Source: Choristocarpus tenellus KU-1152 (taxonomy: Eukaryota; Protista; Phaeophyceae). Taken from it: DNA of 64,000 bases. Of this stretch, positions 14,182-27,000 are shown piece by piece. Both the position numbers and the translations under genes were made by a program. The DNA lies in the NCBI GenBank assembly GCA_964200185.2, contig CAXNAD020000003.1, positions 3,362 through 67,361 of the forward strand. The letters run 5' to 3'. The notes beneath the pieces were generated by a model. The model saw nothing but the letters and a program-made list of their open reading frames with translations, was not told the origin of the DNA and did no database searches. Each line of letters opens with the position of its first letter. The first letter of the stretch is position 1.

Positions 14182-16673
14182 TCTGTTACAGGGCTACTAC
14201 AACCCCTCTTTTGGGCGTCCAGTTGAGTCAGAGTCACCCCTGACCAACATCAACACAGTGGAGATCTTCAAATCATCTCGATTGGTCTCGTCCATGACTG
14301 GAATGACAGTTCAGGCTAACAAGGCTATTGTTGGCGCCAATGCCTTTGCACATGAATCAGGCATCCATCAGGTAACATCAATACTCTACTCTCTCCCAGT
14401 ATAATGTGAAATATGCTTCAGAGCATGTTTGGTGTTGTGATGCCATTAATATTGGAATTACCAAGCCAAGTCAAGCAGGACTTTTAAAATTTTTAAATCC
14501 ACCGACCAGACTGCTTCTGGGAGCAGAGAGAAGTGGAGTGGTGTCTTGTTATGCATACGCCTTTGATCTGTTGAAGGTGGCCATCATAGTATCACAGTTT
14601 TTGTCAATTGGGTTGTGTGAGTGTTGGCCTTCTTACAGCTCAGAAATATTGGTTTATTTTTGGTCAATGTCGAATGTAACTGAATCATACCAACAGGGAG
14701 GTATATGCTACAGTTACAATATTGCACTAATCCCTAGAACTGACCAACACACACCATTTGTATGTTTTGATCAAGTCCTCTTTCCTTTCTTCTGCAGTGA
14801 CTGACACCTATGTTGTGAGGGCCTTGTGTTGCACATGTATAAGATAAAAAAAATGAAAATATATCTTGAAAAAAGGTCAATGTGTGTGTATCTACCTCTC
14901 AGTTAATGTGATTTACTAGAAGGAGAACAATAATTTAACTGTTCTGAAAGTGTACATTGTATAAGTTGAGCGTTAGTGTTGTCAATTTTTGACTATTGTA
15001 TTAATAACAGGTGTTGTTTGTCCTCTTCTACTACTGTGATACATAGTATTGTTATTGATGGTACAGATTGAGATCTCCACAATCACGCCAATTGTTTATG
15101 AAATCCTCTGGGTCTGACTTCCTACGGTACTCAGTTGGGATAGCTGTAAGCACCAAGTATGAGCACCAACTAGAATCACACAAGAGTGTAATATTGATAG
15201 TAATGGTACTGATGGAAGTACCATCTTGGTCTGTGTCTTCCTTAAGTGTGTTTATAGTCTGTTGAATGCCTGACTGCATTTGTGGCATTTGTGGCATTTG
15301 TTTGCCTTGTTTTAGTAACTCAATTTTATAACAAGTGTTGTTTGATAAATTAATCACTACTTGTAGTTAGTTGTTGGTGCTGTTGTGTGCCTTGACATAT
15401 TTCCTTTCCTCTGTTTACCTTTTATTCCAAGGATGGAGTGCTCAAGAATAAGGAAACCTATGAAATTATGGATGCTGAGTTGGTGGGTATCTTCCAAGAC
15501 ACATCCCTGGTACTGGGGAAACACTCTGGTCGACATGCCTTTCGCTCACGCCTTCAGGTACACTACAATATCCGTCACACAGAAATGTATCACTGTACCA
15601 CAATGCACTTTGCCTCACTCTACTCTTAAAGGACCTTACCATCTTTAATTGGGGTATTATTGTCCCAATGAACTTACTGAATCTAGGATAAGAGTATATT
15701 GATATTATGGTGTGCTGACAAGATAGGGATGTGTCACTAATATTCCATGTTGAGAATGTAGTAGATCCGACTTGTTTATAGTAGATCAGTAGAGCATGCC
15801 TCTAAATTTCCATTTGTAGTATTGACAGTGTTGTGGAAATTGATAAGTAGCCTCTACTGGTAGTCACATGTCAAATGGGTTCAAGTGCAATGTTGGACAG
15901 GATAAACCTATTTTGGGACTTGATTCCACCAGACGGGTCTATTTATTGTACATGGTTAACTTGTTTCCCTGGTGTTGACTCATTGGTAGAGCTGTGTCCT
16001 TGAATACTCCCAACAGTAAGGCAGTCCTTGGTCCATCACTGACGATGCTGCTGTTGTATTCTGGCCCTTTTAAAAACCTTGTCAATGTTCATCTTTGTGG
16101 ATTCTCATCTATACATTTTTATTTTTGTTACGTTTCACCTTTGTTGAATCCTGTTTCTTTTTCTCAATGTACTAATGTAAGGTGATCCATTCCCAGTCTT
16201 TGTTATCTGCAAATAGTCTGTAGTGGTGCCTCCATGCCCTGTCTGACCTGTTGCTACTTCTGCTGACATGGTGTTGGTAGTAATCACAGAGATATCATAC
16301 TAAAAATCCACTCTATTAATGGCAGCATCATCATCATCCCTGTCAAACAAGGCTGTATCGTGTAGACAACCATGTCTTGTGCAATATGACCTATGAATTG
16401 TGTCTTGCTGTACTCTTGTTTTTGGTGTACATGTCAGGACTTGGGGTACATTGTCAATGAAGATGAACTGCAGAGGGCCTTCCTCCGTTTTAAGGAGCTT
16501 GCAGACAAAAAAAAGGATATCACAGTCAAGGACCTAGAGTCCGTTGTAAATGATGAGATTAGAGAACTGCAGCAGCGATATCAGCTTGTTGGGGTACAGG
16601 TGACAATTACCGCAATTTATTTAATTTTCATTGTTATTGTTGTTATTGTTAATTGTTATTATTATTGTTATTA

Positions 16674-16708
<35 letters not shown>

Positions 16709-18614
16709 GTTATTAGATTTTATGGTTGCTAGTAGTAACAATAAGTACACATTTCCCATGGCATACAATAACCCGGTAGTTCTATTCTATCTGTAATGAC
16801 TGGATATTAGAGGTACTATATATATATATATATTTATATTTATATTTATATATATTTTTTGTTGATGCGCTTACTTTGTCCTGAGTACTGAATGCACCTC
16901 ACAGATGACTCACAGAATTGATTTCTGTGTAAGCAGTTAATCCATTTGTTCCTCAGCTGTATTCTAACATAGTCTGAGTTGTGGCATTTATTTTTCCCCA
17001 ATTTGGCTTGTTTTTTAAAGAATAAGAGTCAGTGTTCTAACAGTTCTAACAGTTCTAACAGTTTGTCCCTTTGCTGTACATTGGTTACTGTGTTTGTATT
17101 GATTGCTATTAATGCAAGACAACAATAGTCAAGCGTGTAGTACCTTTTGCTATCCATCCTGCAACACCCATTTTTGCTCATTCTCTGCCTTGACTCCTAG
17201 GTTCTAGTTGATTGTCATGATATCAGCACCCATCAATAGTCCTCAAACAGGATGGTAGGATGGTATTAACCTAGTTATTTTGTGATAGAGATCAAGAATA
17301 TTGCGAGTATGGGATTGGCTGGTATTGGTGTTCAATATAGATAATGTTGATATTCAATGTAGATAATGTTGATATTCAATGTAGATAATGTTGATATTCA
17401 ATGTAGATAATGTTGATATTCAATATATATCATGTTGGTGTTGGACCGTACCAAGTGAACTGCAGTACTTGAGCCACACTCAGCTGTCTATTCAAAGTAA
17501 TTTCGTCCTCACATCCCTTCCATCAGCAGTCTCCACACAAAGGCGTGTACAGTATGCCAAGACTTATTTTGGTAGCACAATCTTTTCATTCCACATTTTC
17601 GTGACTCTGATGCTGTATCATCAACAGTACTTTGTATTCTTGCTGCAATATGCACTGTTTACACTAGAAATAGTAATCATATCAAAGTAATGTTTGTATG
17701 GCAATATGGTGTCTGGTGTCATGTGATAGGTTCTGGCAGGTACCAACAACAAACCAACTGCAACTGCCACTATATACGATACCTGCACAGCACAAGAGGC
17801 CACTGTAGCCTCCATTGGAACAGGCCCAGTAGATGCAGCCTATAAAGCAATCGATAGTCTTGTAGGCACACAAGGGATCAAGCTACTGGAGTACTCTGTC
17901 GCCAGGTTTGTGCTATGCTATTTCATACAAAGGCAGTACACAGAGCAGAATTGGAATTGGGAGGTATTTTGTACTTTGTTCATAGTATGTTGTTTGTGTT
18001 TAGCGCAAATTACTCTGTTCAGTGGTTTAAGAGCATTTTGTTGAGTAGTTGTGTTTACTTATGTGTGTGTATTTTGTTGAGGTACTAGCTCTAATACTAA
18101 GGTACTATGTAAGTACAAGGTACAAGGTAGGATACTATATAAATAAATATGGGAAACTGGATGGTATAATATGGTATAATCCATTTGAGGGGAGTGGATA
18201 AGTTCATGAACTATGGTTGGACATACTGCTCTGTGCACACCTTGATATGCCACAAACTTCTACCTCATCCCTTAACCTATTTACATTAATTAGTTAACCT
18301 ATTTACATTGGTTTTGCATATATTAATTGTCACCCCTGCACTGAAAATACTACCATATCGTAACTGCTATGCAATGATGCTATACAATGATGCTATACAA
18401 TGATAATGGTGACAGTGTGACAGCTGGCATTGACGCCCTGGGGGAGGTGACAGTTCGAGTAGAGGATGAATCCTCTGGAAGGGTGTTCTTTGGGAGGGCT
18501 GCAGATACGGACATCATTCATGCCTCAACTGAGGCTTACTTAAGTGCTGTTAACAGGCTCAGTTCTGCAAGGGGAGATCCTGACAAGAAACATCCCCAGA
18601 AGGATATCCTTTAG
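76..18614 (+). CDS. leuA: 2-isopropylmalate synthase, plastid-targeted (about 641 aa, 15 exons)
   Basis: Exons 76-165, 371-584, 1038-1138, 1763-1840, 5415-5504, 6451-6555, 6993-7100, 8120-8235, 9208-9304, 10167-10250, 14192-14371, 15432-15557, 16438-16599, 17730-17905, 18416-18614 join in frame through GT-AG introns (1926 nt). Motifs: [91 protein letters not shown] and the C-terminal regulatory domain ([17 protein letters not shown]). N-terminal hydrophobic signal peptide followed by VAFVGP and a Ser/Thr/Arg-rich transit-like peptide. Confidence 0.96.
3110..3228. repeat. 16-bp minisatellite (AATCAATTATTAATCA/CTCA variants)
   Basis: Direct tandem copies visible in the sequence. Confidence 0.85.
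3747..3809 (+). repeat. Interstitial telomeric repeat (TTAGGG)9 in leuA intron 4
   Basis: Nine perfect TTAGGG units at 3754-3807 preceded by GGTTAGG. Confidence 0.97.
4612..4835. repeat. Degenerate (ATT/GTT/ATC)n trinucleotide tract
   Basis: Low-complexity triplet repeat; explains the Y/C/H- and N/D-rich pseudo-ORFs here. Confidence 0.9.
5977..6175. repeat. Two adjacent minisatellites: (GTGTGAAGCAT)5 and (CACTGGTTAGAGATGTACTTGTA)3
   Basis: Tandem copies at 5977-6034 and 6097-6175. Confidence 0.92.
6572..6633. repeat. 11-bp minisatellite (AGTGATTGCTT)5+
   Basis: Perfect tandem copies starting about 16 nt after the exon 6 donor. Confidence 0.93.
7160..7367. repeat. 20-bp minisatellite (TGTCATGATTTGATGGTATA and variants), about 10 copies
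   Basis: Tandem copies with two alternating variants. Confidence 0.93.
9530..9722. repeat. 7-bp satellite (GTGATAT/GTGATAC/GTGATAA)n
   Basis: Long tandem run, followed by (GATGTATCA)3 near 9754-9790. Confidence 0.93.
10399..10528. repeat. Compound hexamer microsatellite (ATCATA)n(CTCATA)n
   Basis: Perfect tandem hexamers with one unit switch. Confidence 0.95.
14051..14177. repeat. (GTGTAT)n grading into (GT)n microsatellite just upstream of a splice acceptor
   Basis: Tandem run ending about 14 nt before the exon at 14192. Confidence 0.95.
17338..17425. repeat. 22-bp minisatellite (TAGATAATGTTGATATTCAATG), about 4 copies
   Basis: Tandem copies visible. Confidence 0.9.
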
Positions 18615-21600
18615 AACATAGTTTAATCCCCAAAACTCTGCTATATGTTGCAATTGATAGAGTGGTATATATCACTTCATGTCAATACAGGCTATCTTTC
18701 ATGCCATGTTTGTAGAGTAGGTCACAGGGGTTGTAGAAGTATCGTGATTGGAGTTTTCAATAGCATTCTGCAAGGTTGACCTCATTCACATGGCGTATTG
18801 TAGATGTGGGTTTTAACTGCTTACTTGCTTTGATCTTCTTCTATCTGACATTAGTTTTTCCTCAAGTCGTATTCATTGTTGCAGGTCTCTCCTCCTTTGT
18901 CACTATGTGTGGGGAAGGCTTAAGAAAATCTTGATGGAGTGTGTAGGTTTAGCAACAGCAACAGTACTTGTTTTTTTCTGTCAGTTGATGGACACTTAAT
19001 TTGACTTGATTTTACTTAATTTGCTAAACTGCTTCAAGGAAACCCATCACCCACTGGGATCCAATTGGGGTAGTCGAGAACATCATGTTGGGCAACCTAA
19101 ACCATGAGCAGCACAAATGTTAAACTTTTTTTTGGTTTAAGGGTGAACCAAAGAGGAATGCTCACTGACAGTATACGTTTCCCTTGTTTCCTGCCTGGGA
19201 AGTGGAATCACAACATTTCATCCCTATCAAGTGACTGGTAAGTATCTTGTTTTACATTGATCATTGTGGCCATGCTTGTCACTGAGCCTGTTTACAGTCT
19301 GTGATGTATTGGGTCTTCAGTCATTGCTGACGATATGTATGCACTCGAAGTATGCTAGACATATGTACTGTTAGTAGTGTTGGTAGTATTCACATTAACA
19401 GGATTGATTTATTTCATTTGGTACTGTCATGTGGATTGTGAAGAAAATACATGTAACTCAAGTAGGATATACCTGAGTACAATTTTTGTTGAGTTGGGGA
19501 AGTTGTGTTGAATGTCTTCATTGTGTACTCACCAAAGACATTCCAGATCATCTGCGTTTAATCTGCAGATACTGCTCCACTACTCAGAGCGATACCTGGC
19601 AAGTGAGACTTGATCCTATTCTTTATATGTGTATGTGCAAAATACTTACAGCGAGTCTCAGGGGCTATAGCAAGAACACTCTATGTATATATATACTACA
19701 ATGGTTTTATGTCATTCGTCAATGCTATCATCAAATGTTGCCACTCTTATTGCACTAATAATAATATTGATCTATTTTTTATGTTGTCAGTAGTACAACC
19801 CAATAACAATATTAGTAGTAGGAGTAGTAACAGTATATAGCACAAATAGCACCATTTACAGTATGAAAACTGGTTGAAGTTACCATGACCAGCAGGTGCC
19901 ACCGTTTTGAAGTTAGTTACCACTGAGTTTTAGTGATTGAAGTTGTTGAAGATGATGCCGACAGACAACCAATAAAGTGTTCATCAATTTACAACACAGA
20001 AGTGAAAGAAGATACCCTCTATTAGTAGGTACACAATTATTCAAAATATACACTTCCTGTGGTGTTGAAAATAGGTATCTTACTTCAGGACCTTTTGTTC
20101 TTAATTGAAGATAGTATAATTATTTAGTCCATTGAACTATATATACAATAGCTGAGAGTGAGAGTGCATCTCTCCTGAAAATAAGAGTAAGTGATTGATC
20201 TGTCAAGATACTTGGCACATGCAGTAGGGGCAGTTGTCATTTCAACTCTTCCTTGTGTAGGTGGGTTGTACACCATGAGGGTATCGGCACCCTGTAACAA
20301 GTTGTGTTTCTGCATTTACTTAGTGTAACTTTGTCCCCCCCCCCTCATATTAACATCAAATTTGTCGCTTCATTCACAATGGATTTGGCTAAATATAAAC
20401 ATATAGTTTAAGCTCATAGTATAGAGGAGTAATGTTAATAGTGTATGATCGTGATAATGAACTGTACGCATTGATAAATAAAATAAAATACTGAGGAATA
20501 GATATACATACACGAAAATCCTTCCAAATACAGCCATACTCCACCCATAATAAGGGTGCTCAATCTGAATAAATTTCAAAGTAGAGAAAGCACTTTCTTA
20601 GGGTATAGCGATGCAAACCAACACAATACATACAACCAAGTACACTAATGGGAGTCTAAAGTGCCATTGGAGTGTGCTATTTGTAGCACTCTCTATGCAG
20701 ATATAATTTGTAAGTATTTTTGAGGGGCATTATATTATTGTCAATGCTAATTTGTAGCCAACTTTGGCACTAAGGACTGCATATTACAGTCCATGTGTAC
20801 AAACTACGTAAGATATATTTCAATTATGTGTCCAATAGTATTTTGCACATGTCATAGTTTGGAAAGAAAAGGGGCAACCTGCACAGGAGACAAGCAATAC
20901 AACACATTGACAGATTGAACAACGGACATCATCCCCTCATCGCCTCTTTCAACCACAATTTCAACTCACAGAGTCAATCGTCTAGATACTGTGAGCCTAT
21001 AATCCCTATCAACCACTTGTAAACATGGCTAGGTCACAGTCGTACATTCAAAACACATCCTGGGATTCATTCTACTCACCCCATACTGATGGTCATGCAA
21101 CTTCAACCTACCTCAACCACTTATCCCATACAAAATTATTTTGTAACAAAGAGGGTCAACCCACCTATGTACAACTTATGTACCTGAGGATTGAATTGAT
21201 AAACAGCAGGAAGTAGAGCTTGAGGGGCAAGGGAAGAATCTCATAAATACGCTACATAATACACTTAACACAAATTGATGTATACTATCAACAGACATAC
21301 AAAAAAATTGGGCAGGTTATCACTGGAGAGGTAGACTTCTCCCTGATACACACCTTTGAACATGTATTCACAGTTTCATGGGATAAGGTATTAGCAGTGG
21401 CAATAGTGATGCATTTACTTGCAACTCCGGAAGATCAGATTGCACAACTCTGTCATGTGTATGGCAGCCCACAATGGTGGCAGTAACAGCAGATGTAACA
21501 GTGGCTCGTTCATGACTTTCAGCACCATATTCAACTTTCTCCATGGTAGTGATCACCAGAGGATACATCCAATAGCAAAATCAGTAGAAGCTCCCTCCAG

Positions 21601-24093
21601 TCCTCCAACATGGATGGTGACATTTTCTCCACTTTTAGGGGGTGCATTGAGCAGATCACACCTCGAGGTCGCTACAACCCTACAACACCATCAGTAAGAA
21701 GGGAGCAGTCCCAACAACAAAATATACACCCCAGACCCAACCCGAGAAATGCCATGCCTCTCCAAATTCTGCCCTTCTTCCTCCAAAGTTTAATTGTTTC
21801 CATCCATTCGCTGTCAGTACTTACCTTTTCACACATTATGAACAAATCATATAGGCAGGACTGTGGGAGGCGTTCTTGTTATTGGTACAGGGATGAATGC
21901 GTGTTTGACAAGTTGTTGAAGTTCAAAGGTGCTACCCATCCAAACTTCTTGAAAGTAAAGTGATTTATTACAAAAATAAAAACATTTAATTGTCCTGTAG
22001 AAGTTCTCCAAATTTTCTGTGTAGGTACGAATTCATGATATATATATATATGAATTTGAAACTGTGTATTCCAATACATGTTTCTTAGCAGATCAAAAAA
22101 GAGTAGTGCATATTAATAGCAGTATTTCACGCTCATCAACAATATGAAGATATTACAAAGGGGGGGACAAGAAGCAATGTATGTAGGCAGCAAATGTGTA
22201 TTAGGTCCAATGGTGGTTACAGCATTTCAATTTTGAACATTTCCAAGTGGGTATATGCCAAGGGGTCCATCCAACGCAACAACTGAGAGGGGGAGTAGAT
22301 TTGCATAAAAAATAATAACACAAGCGCTAGTGTTGTAAGTAAACTGAAAGAATTTACGTTTAAAATGACACAAAACTATATTTCTTTCTAACTTTCTTTA
22401 ATTAATACGATTCAAACGTCGGTGTGTAAGAAGGGGTGACACAAAGTAACAAATACAAAACACACTAAGGTTGACATTGACAAGTTGCCTGCCACATCCC
22501 GAGGTAAAAACTTGAAAGACTCCACAGGTCTGTCTCCGCAGGAGGGTGTGAAGCAATGAACAGATATATGTGTAGTGAGTTGTGGATATTAATAGCGATA
22601 GAGTTAATGATGTCACACCTGGTGTGACAATTGTGTAGTGTAGTTCTGTCACCTCTGAGATGTTCACTGCACAGTAGTCAAACTTCCAACTGTATTGTGA
22701 TAAAGAAAAAAAATGAATATCCTAACATTTTCAGTTCGGTTACTTGGATATATATTCCAATTGAACAGTCACAAGATACAACAACACTAATCAACAGACA
22801 AGAACAGTCACAAGATACTACAACAGCGGCTGCGGTGGAATTGGGTACTATTTCACAACGGCTCCAGTGAAAACAACGATGGGTGGTGGGATGGCATGAC
22901 AGCATTGATGTAGCCATCAATCAAACAACAACAATAATAATATAAACTCACAATGAATTTAAAATAGTTTTTCTTTCAAAACATTCCACCCTGCCAAACA
23001 AAATCAGACAAATTTACCACGCTGTTCTAGAATGAACACAACTTCTTTTGTCATTTTGTTGTCAAATCTCAAATTGGTCATTTCTCTTCTACAGCATCAT
23101 AACAACAACAAGCATGCCTTCCATTTCCCAGCAGTCACAAGAAATGATTGCACACCAATTCTTGAAACAACCTGTAAAACTCAAGTACCTCACATCACAT
23201 GCAACAATAATCATCACCAATGTTACTATTACTCATCTATCTAGTGTCCTTTGGAGGAGAGACCCCTTCCTCCCATGCCGATGACATTGTGTAAGACTGT
23301 TCTAATCAATAGTTTGCACATTACTGACTACCTCCAACACCAACTATATCCTTAGAAAAACGTAGTGTATCTTCTTGTATTCTGTAGAGAAAATTTCTTG
23401 ATGTTTAACATTTCAACTCAACATTCAAACCAAAGAGGTTAGACAACAGTGATTAGACCCCAGTCAACCACTCTCTCGTGTCTGATGTCTCTGTCCATTT
23501 CATTCTCAGGGAAAAGGAAACACACGGGCTCTCAAAAAAATAGCCAGACAGAGAGCTCCGGCTCTGGATTGACCCTTGTGAAGGCTAGTATTAATAGTAG
23601 CTCTTTGTTGAGATCCAGTAAGTTCACTTGCACAAGATAGTATGTCACAGCTGATGCAAGGCAAGAGAAAGTAGAGTATCCCTCCAATTTTATTGGAACG
23701 TAGTAACAATAACAGCACACTATTTCCACATCTCACCAATGGGATACCTAACAATTGAGAGGGATTATTGCCTCATGGCGCCACAAGTATGCATCACACA
23801 TGAGCAATTAGTGAATGCATATTCATGGTGTTGTAACTGATATGAACAATCAAACAGATACAGGTGCAACAATCATGTACTCGTACTTAGAAGAAAAAGT
23901 AAGATGATATCACCAAGTCCATCCGATAAACTATCACCTATTATGTATACAGTTGAATCCTTAAATTCAAATTGAAAAATGGCATAATACTAATGCAAAT
24001 ATTAATAATACCAACAATATCAAACACCATCAGCACCAGCACCAACAGGTTGTATCTGCCTTACTCTTTCAAGTCACCTCAACAGACATCACA

Positions 24094-27000
24094 TCACAGT
24101 TCATCGTGCTTCACGTTGGGGCCTTGGGTATCAAAATGACCTGGCAAAGCACAAGCTTCAGATATATCTACCGCCAATTGTGTATGGTACTCCCGATTCC
24201 ACTCCTCCAGGTCAACAAAGGAACGCACCAGCATTCCATTGTAGTAGACCAATATGGTTCCACAATCAAACAGCTCCACAACCAAGCGGCTTGCAAACTG
24301 TCAACAATAACATAACAATAACACAACAGGTGAGCAGAAAGAAGCATGCCCATGTTTTGTCAATTGGCCAAGCTGTATCAGAGTCATCATTCAAGTCACA
24401 TTGCATCAAATTACACTTTGGCACATCCTACATTGTTGGGAGGACTACACCACAGAAAGTAACTAAAGCATATTTCAACACTATAATCTCTGCACCATAA
24501 CCAAGCCATGCTCCTTGCACTGGGAGTGGTAGAGCAGCAATGCCATCACATGTACAGTTTGAAGGGAAAAAAATGTGATGAACATTTCTACAAAACTTGT
24601 GTATTTCATGTTTTTTGTTGTAATTAAATGTGTAGTATCCAATATTACTTTCTGAATAGACATGGGTGCAGTTGTGCGTGATACATTACTATGGTAATCA
24701 ATTATATTAAGACACTGTCAGGGATGGTTTTTCTTGTCAATCTATTGATTGGTGAGGGCACACAGGAAACGACCATCCCATCCCACAAAGTAAAGAACAA
24801 AGTTGTTACAATGCTGGCTGCACTCAATGCACTCACTGGACACATCTTGGATGCTTCACTCGTCTCTGCATTTTCTCCCAAGTCAAAGAGGTTCATCAAT
24901 GCTGCAAGAGGCAACACAGTGCTATCGTGTGTAAAGAACAACTCCACCCTCCTCCTCCTCCTCCTCCTCTCACTCGAGTCATTGTCACTGCCATTGCTGG
25001 ATATGCTCATCTGGTCTGTGATGTGCTGTAAGAGAGGTGACATAACTTCTCTTGTCACATCATGACGTCCATACCCACGAAGCTGTCAGGTAAGAGTAGA
25101 CGTAGTATGTTAAAGGTTATCACAGATCAAGCAGACACACAAAAGTACAATACGCCACCCAAGGTGTACCAAGCACTATTATCAAGTCCTTACAAAAAAA
25201 TCTTGACATTTTATTATTGCTATAACCTGTATACAGAAGCACTCTAACTTATCCATCCCCTCCCTGATATAATACTACAGTACATTAATGTTGATTTGTA
25301 CATTTGCCTGCCTATTGAAAGGTGGTACTGTCAATGTATGAGATAATTCTTTCCCATTGTACTGTCAGTGTTTGAGGCTACAATTGCGTGTGCATCGGGA
25401 TTGAACTGAAAGGCAAGACTGGCATCAACATTCCCTATGTCGCCATTATCCATCTAACAATGAATATAACTAAATGGGAAAGTATTGATCCTGTTTGACG
25501 TCAACAGCAGTTGTACTTTTAATCCATTTTTCGTATCAGACTAGATAGAATAAGCACCCCTTTAATTACAACATAAATAAAAGCATCATGCCATACCCAA
25601 GTAATAGTAATAGTAATAGTACGGATAGGATCCATCAAGTCAACACACTAACAAGAGAGAAGTTCCATAGAATTACATGGATAACTGATGTCTGTAAAGA
25701 GTCAACAGTACAGTGAACCCTCTACACCCTTCATACCCACAGTCCACAATATACCTTCCATGCAAGAAAATAGGAAAGGTCCCCCAATAGACTGTATAAC
25801 ACAATATACTGCTACAACTGTCATTAACAGCACAGAAAGGGTACATGAAAGGCTAACATGTGAAGGCGATGTCTATATGTGTAACCAGAACAATGCCATT
25901 TCCATAGAGTCAGAGAAGTGCAACTCTTTCATTCCTCTGTACATAGGCTCACTATTGATAGATGGGTGTGCTCTCAGCAAGAGGAATATAGCCTTTCCAA
26001 GAACTCTATGATTGCAACATTTGTAACAAGTAACGGCACTTAATAGTCCACTTCTTCACACACTTCATAATCAAATCTCATAAGTCAACTGCCACCTGCA
26101 TGGTTGCTGATGGCCCATTCATACATTGAGCACATACATAGGAAGGACATATCCTGGATAAGAGGAAGGCAAACGGCACATGCAATCCCTAAACACATGC
26201 CTTTCAGTACTAGTGATCAAGCAGGGCATAATAATCCATTTTCCTTACCAAGAAGTTTTCTAGGTCTTCTTCCATATCAAATGGTTGCATATTTTCCACC
26301 CCTAACATGCTGCAGGCAAAGGTTGTGTTGACCTGTCCATAGCCAAGTGCCACATCAGTTTGACAACCATAATAGGCACCATGCACATCAGCTGCCTGCA
26401 ACTCCTCAACAGGGAGGCCTGAAACAGCAGATATCTGCATTTTTCAACGGGTTTGAGAAAACGGAGCATCTCATCAGTTGCCCAAGTAGGGCACATAGTT
26501 CACAAGCGCAAGTGATGTTTGCTGTAACAAATCTTTGGTCACACTTCATGACTCTATGCTTTACCAGCAATCCAACACCATTGATACAGCACTGTACCTT
26601 CCTGATAGCCCTCTCCACCAAGTCCTGATCAAGTGGTGGCTCAAAAGCTTGACGCACCTCCTGTCCACAACCAATCGAGGTCAGCAAGATGGAGTCAAAG
26701 GATGGAAGGTGGGCTCAACTGGATTGGAAATATTTTGAATTATGTAATGGATTATTTCATTGTACACTCCCACCTGTAGCAGTGCACACGATTTGTATGG
26801 CCTCAGGAGACGGTCATCCACATTTTGGCAGTAATGCTTGTCCTCTGTTCCCACCCAGAAGTCAACAGCCCTGGCAGGTACAAAGGATGAGCATGACACT
26901 GTGAACAACTAACCCTAACCTCAACAAAAGGTCAATGACTACTGTTAATCTTTACTGAACCATGGGTAACATCAGTTTAATCAATATCGGCATAGCTTCA

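Noticed and set aside
18615-24093. Additional protein-coding gene between leuA and MINPP
   Set aside because: Only short ORFs without recognisable motifs, no consistent exon chain and no CpG-rich promoter.
26100-26215. Minus-strand frame LKGMCLGIACAVCLPLIQD as a possible MINPP exon
   Set aside because: No phase-compatible intron of plausible size; the exon at 25082 (LRGYG...SPLLQHI) supplies this region in frame.
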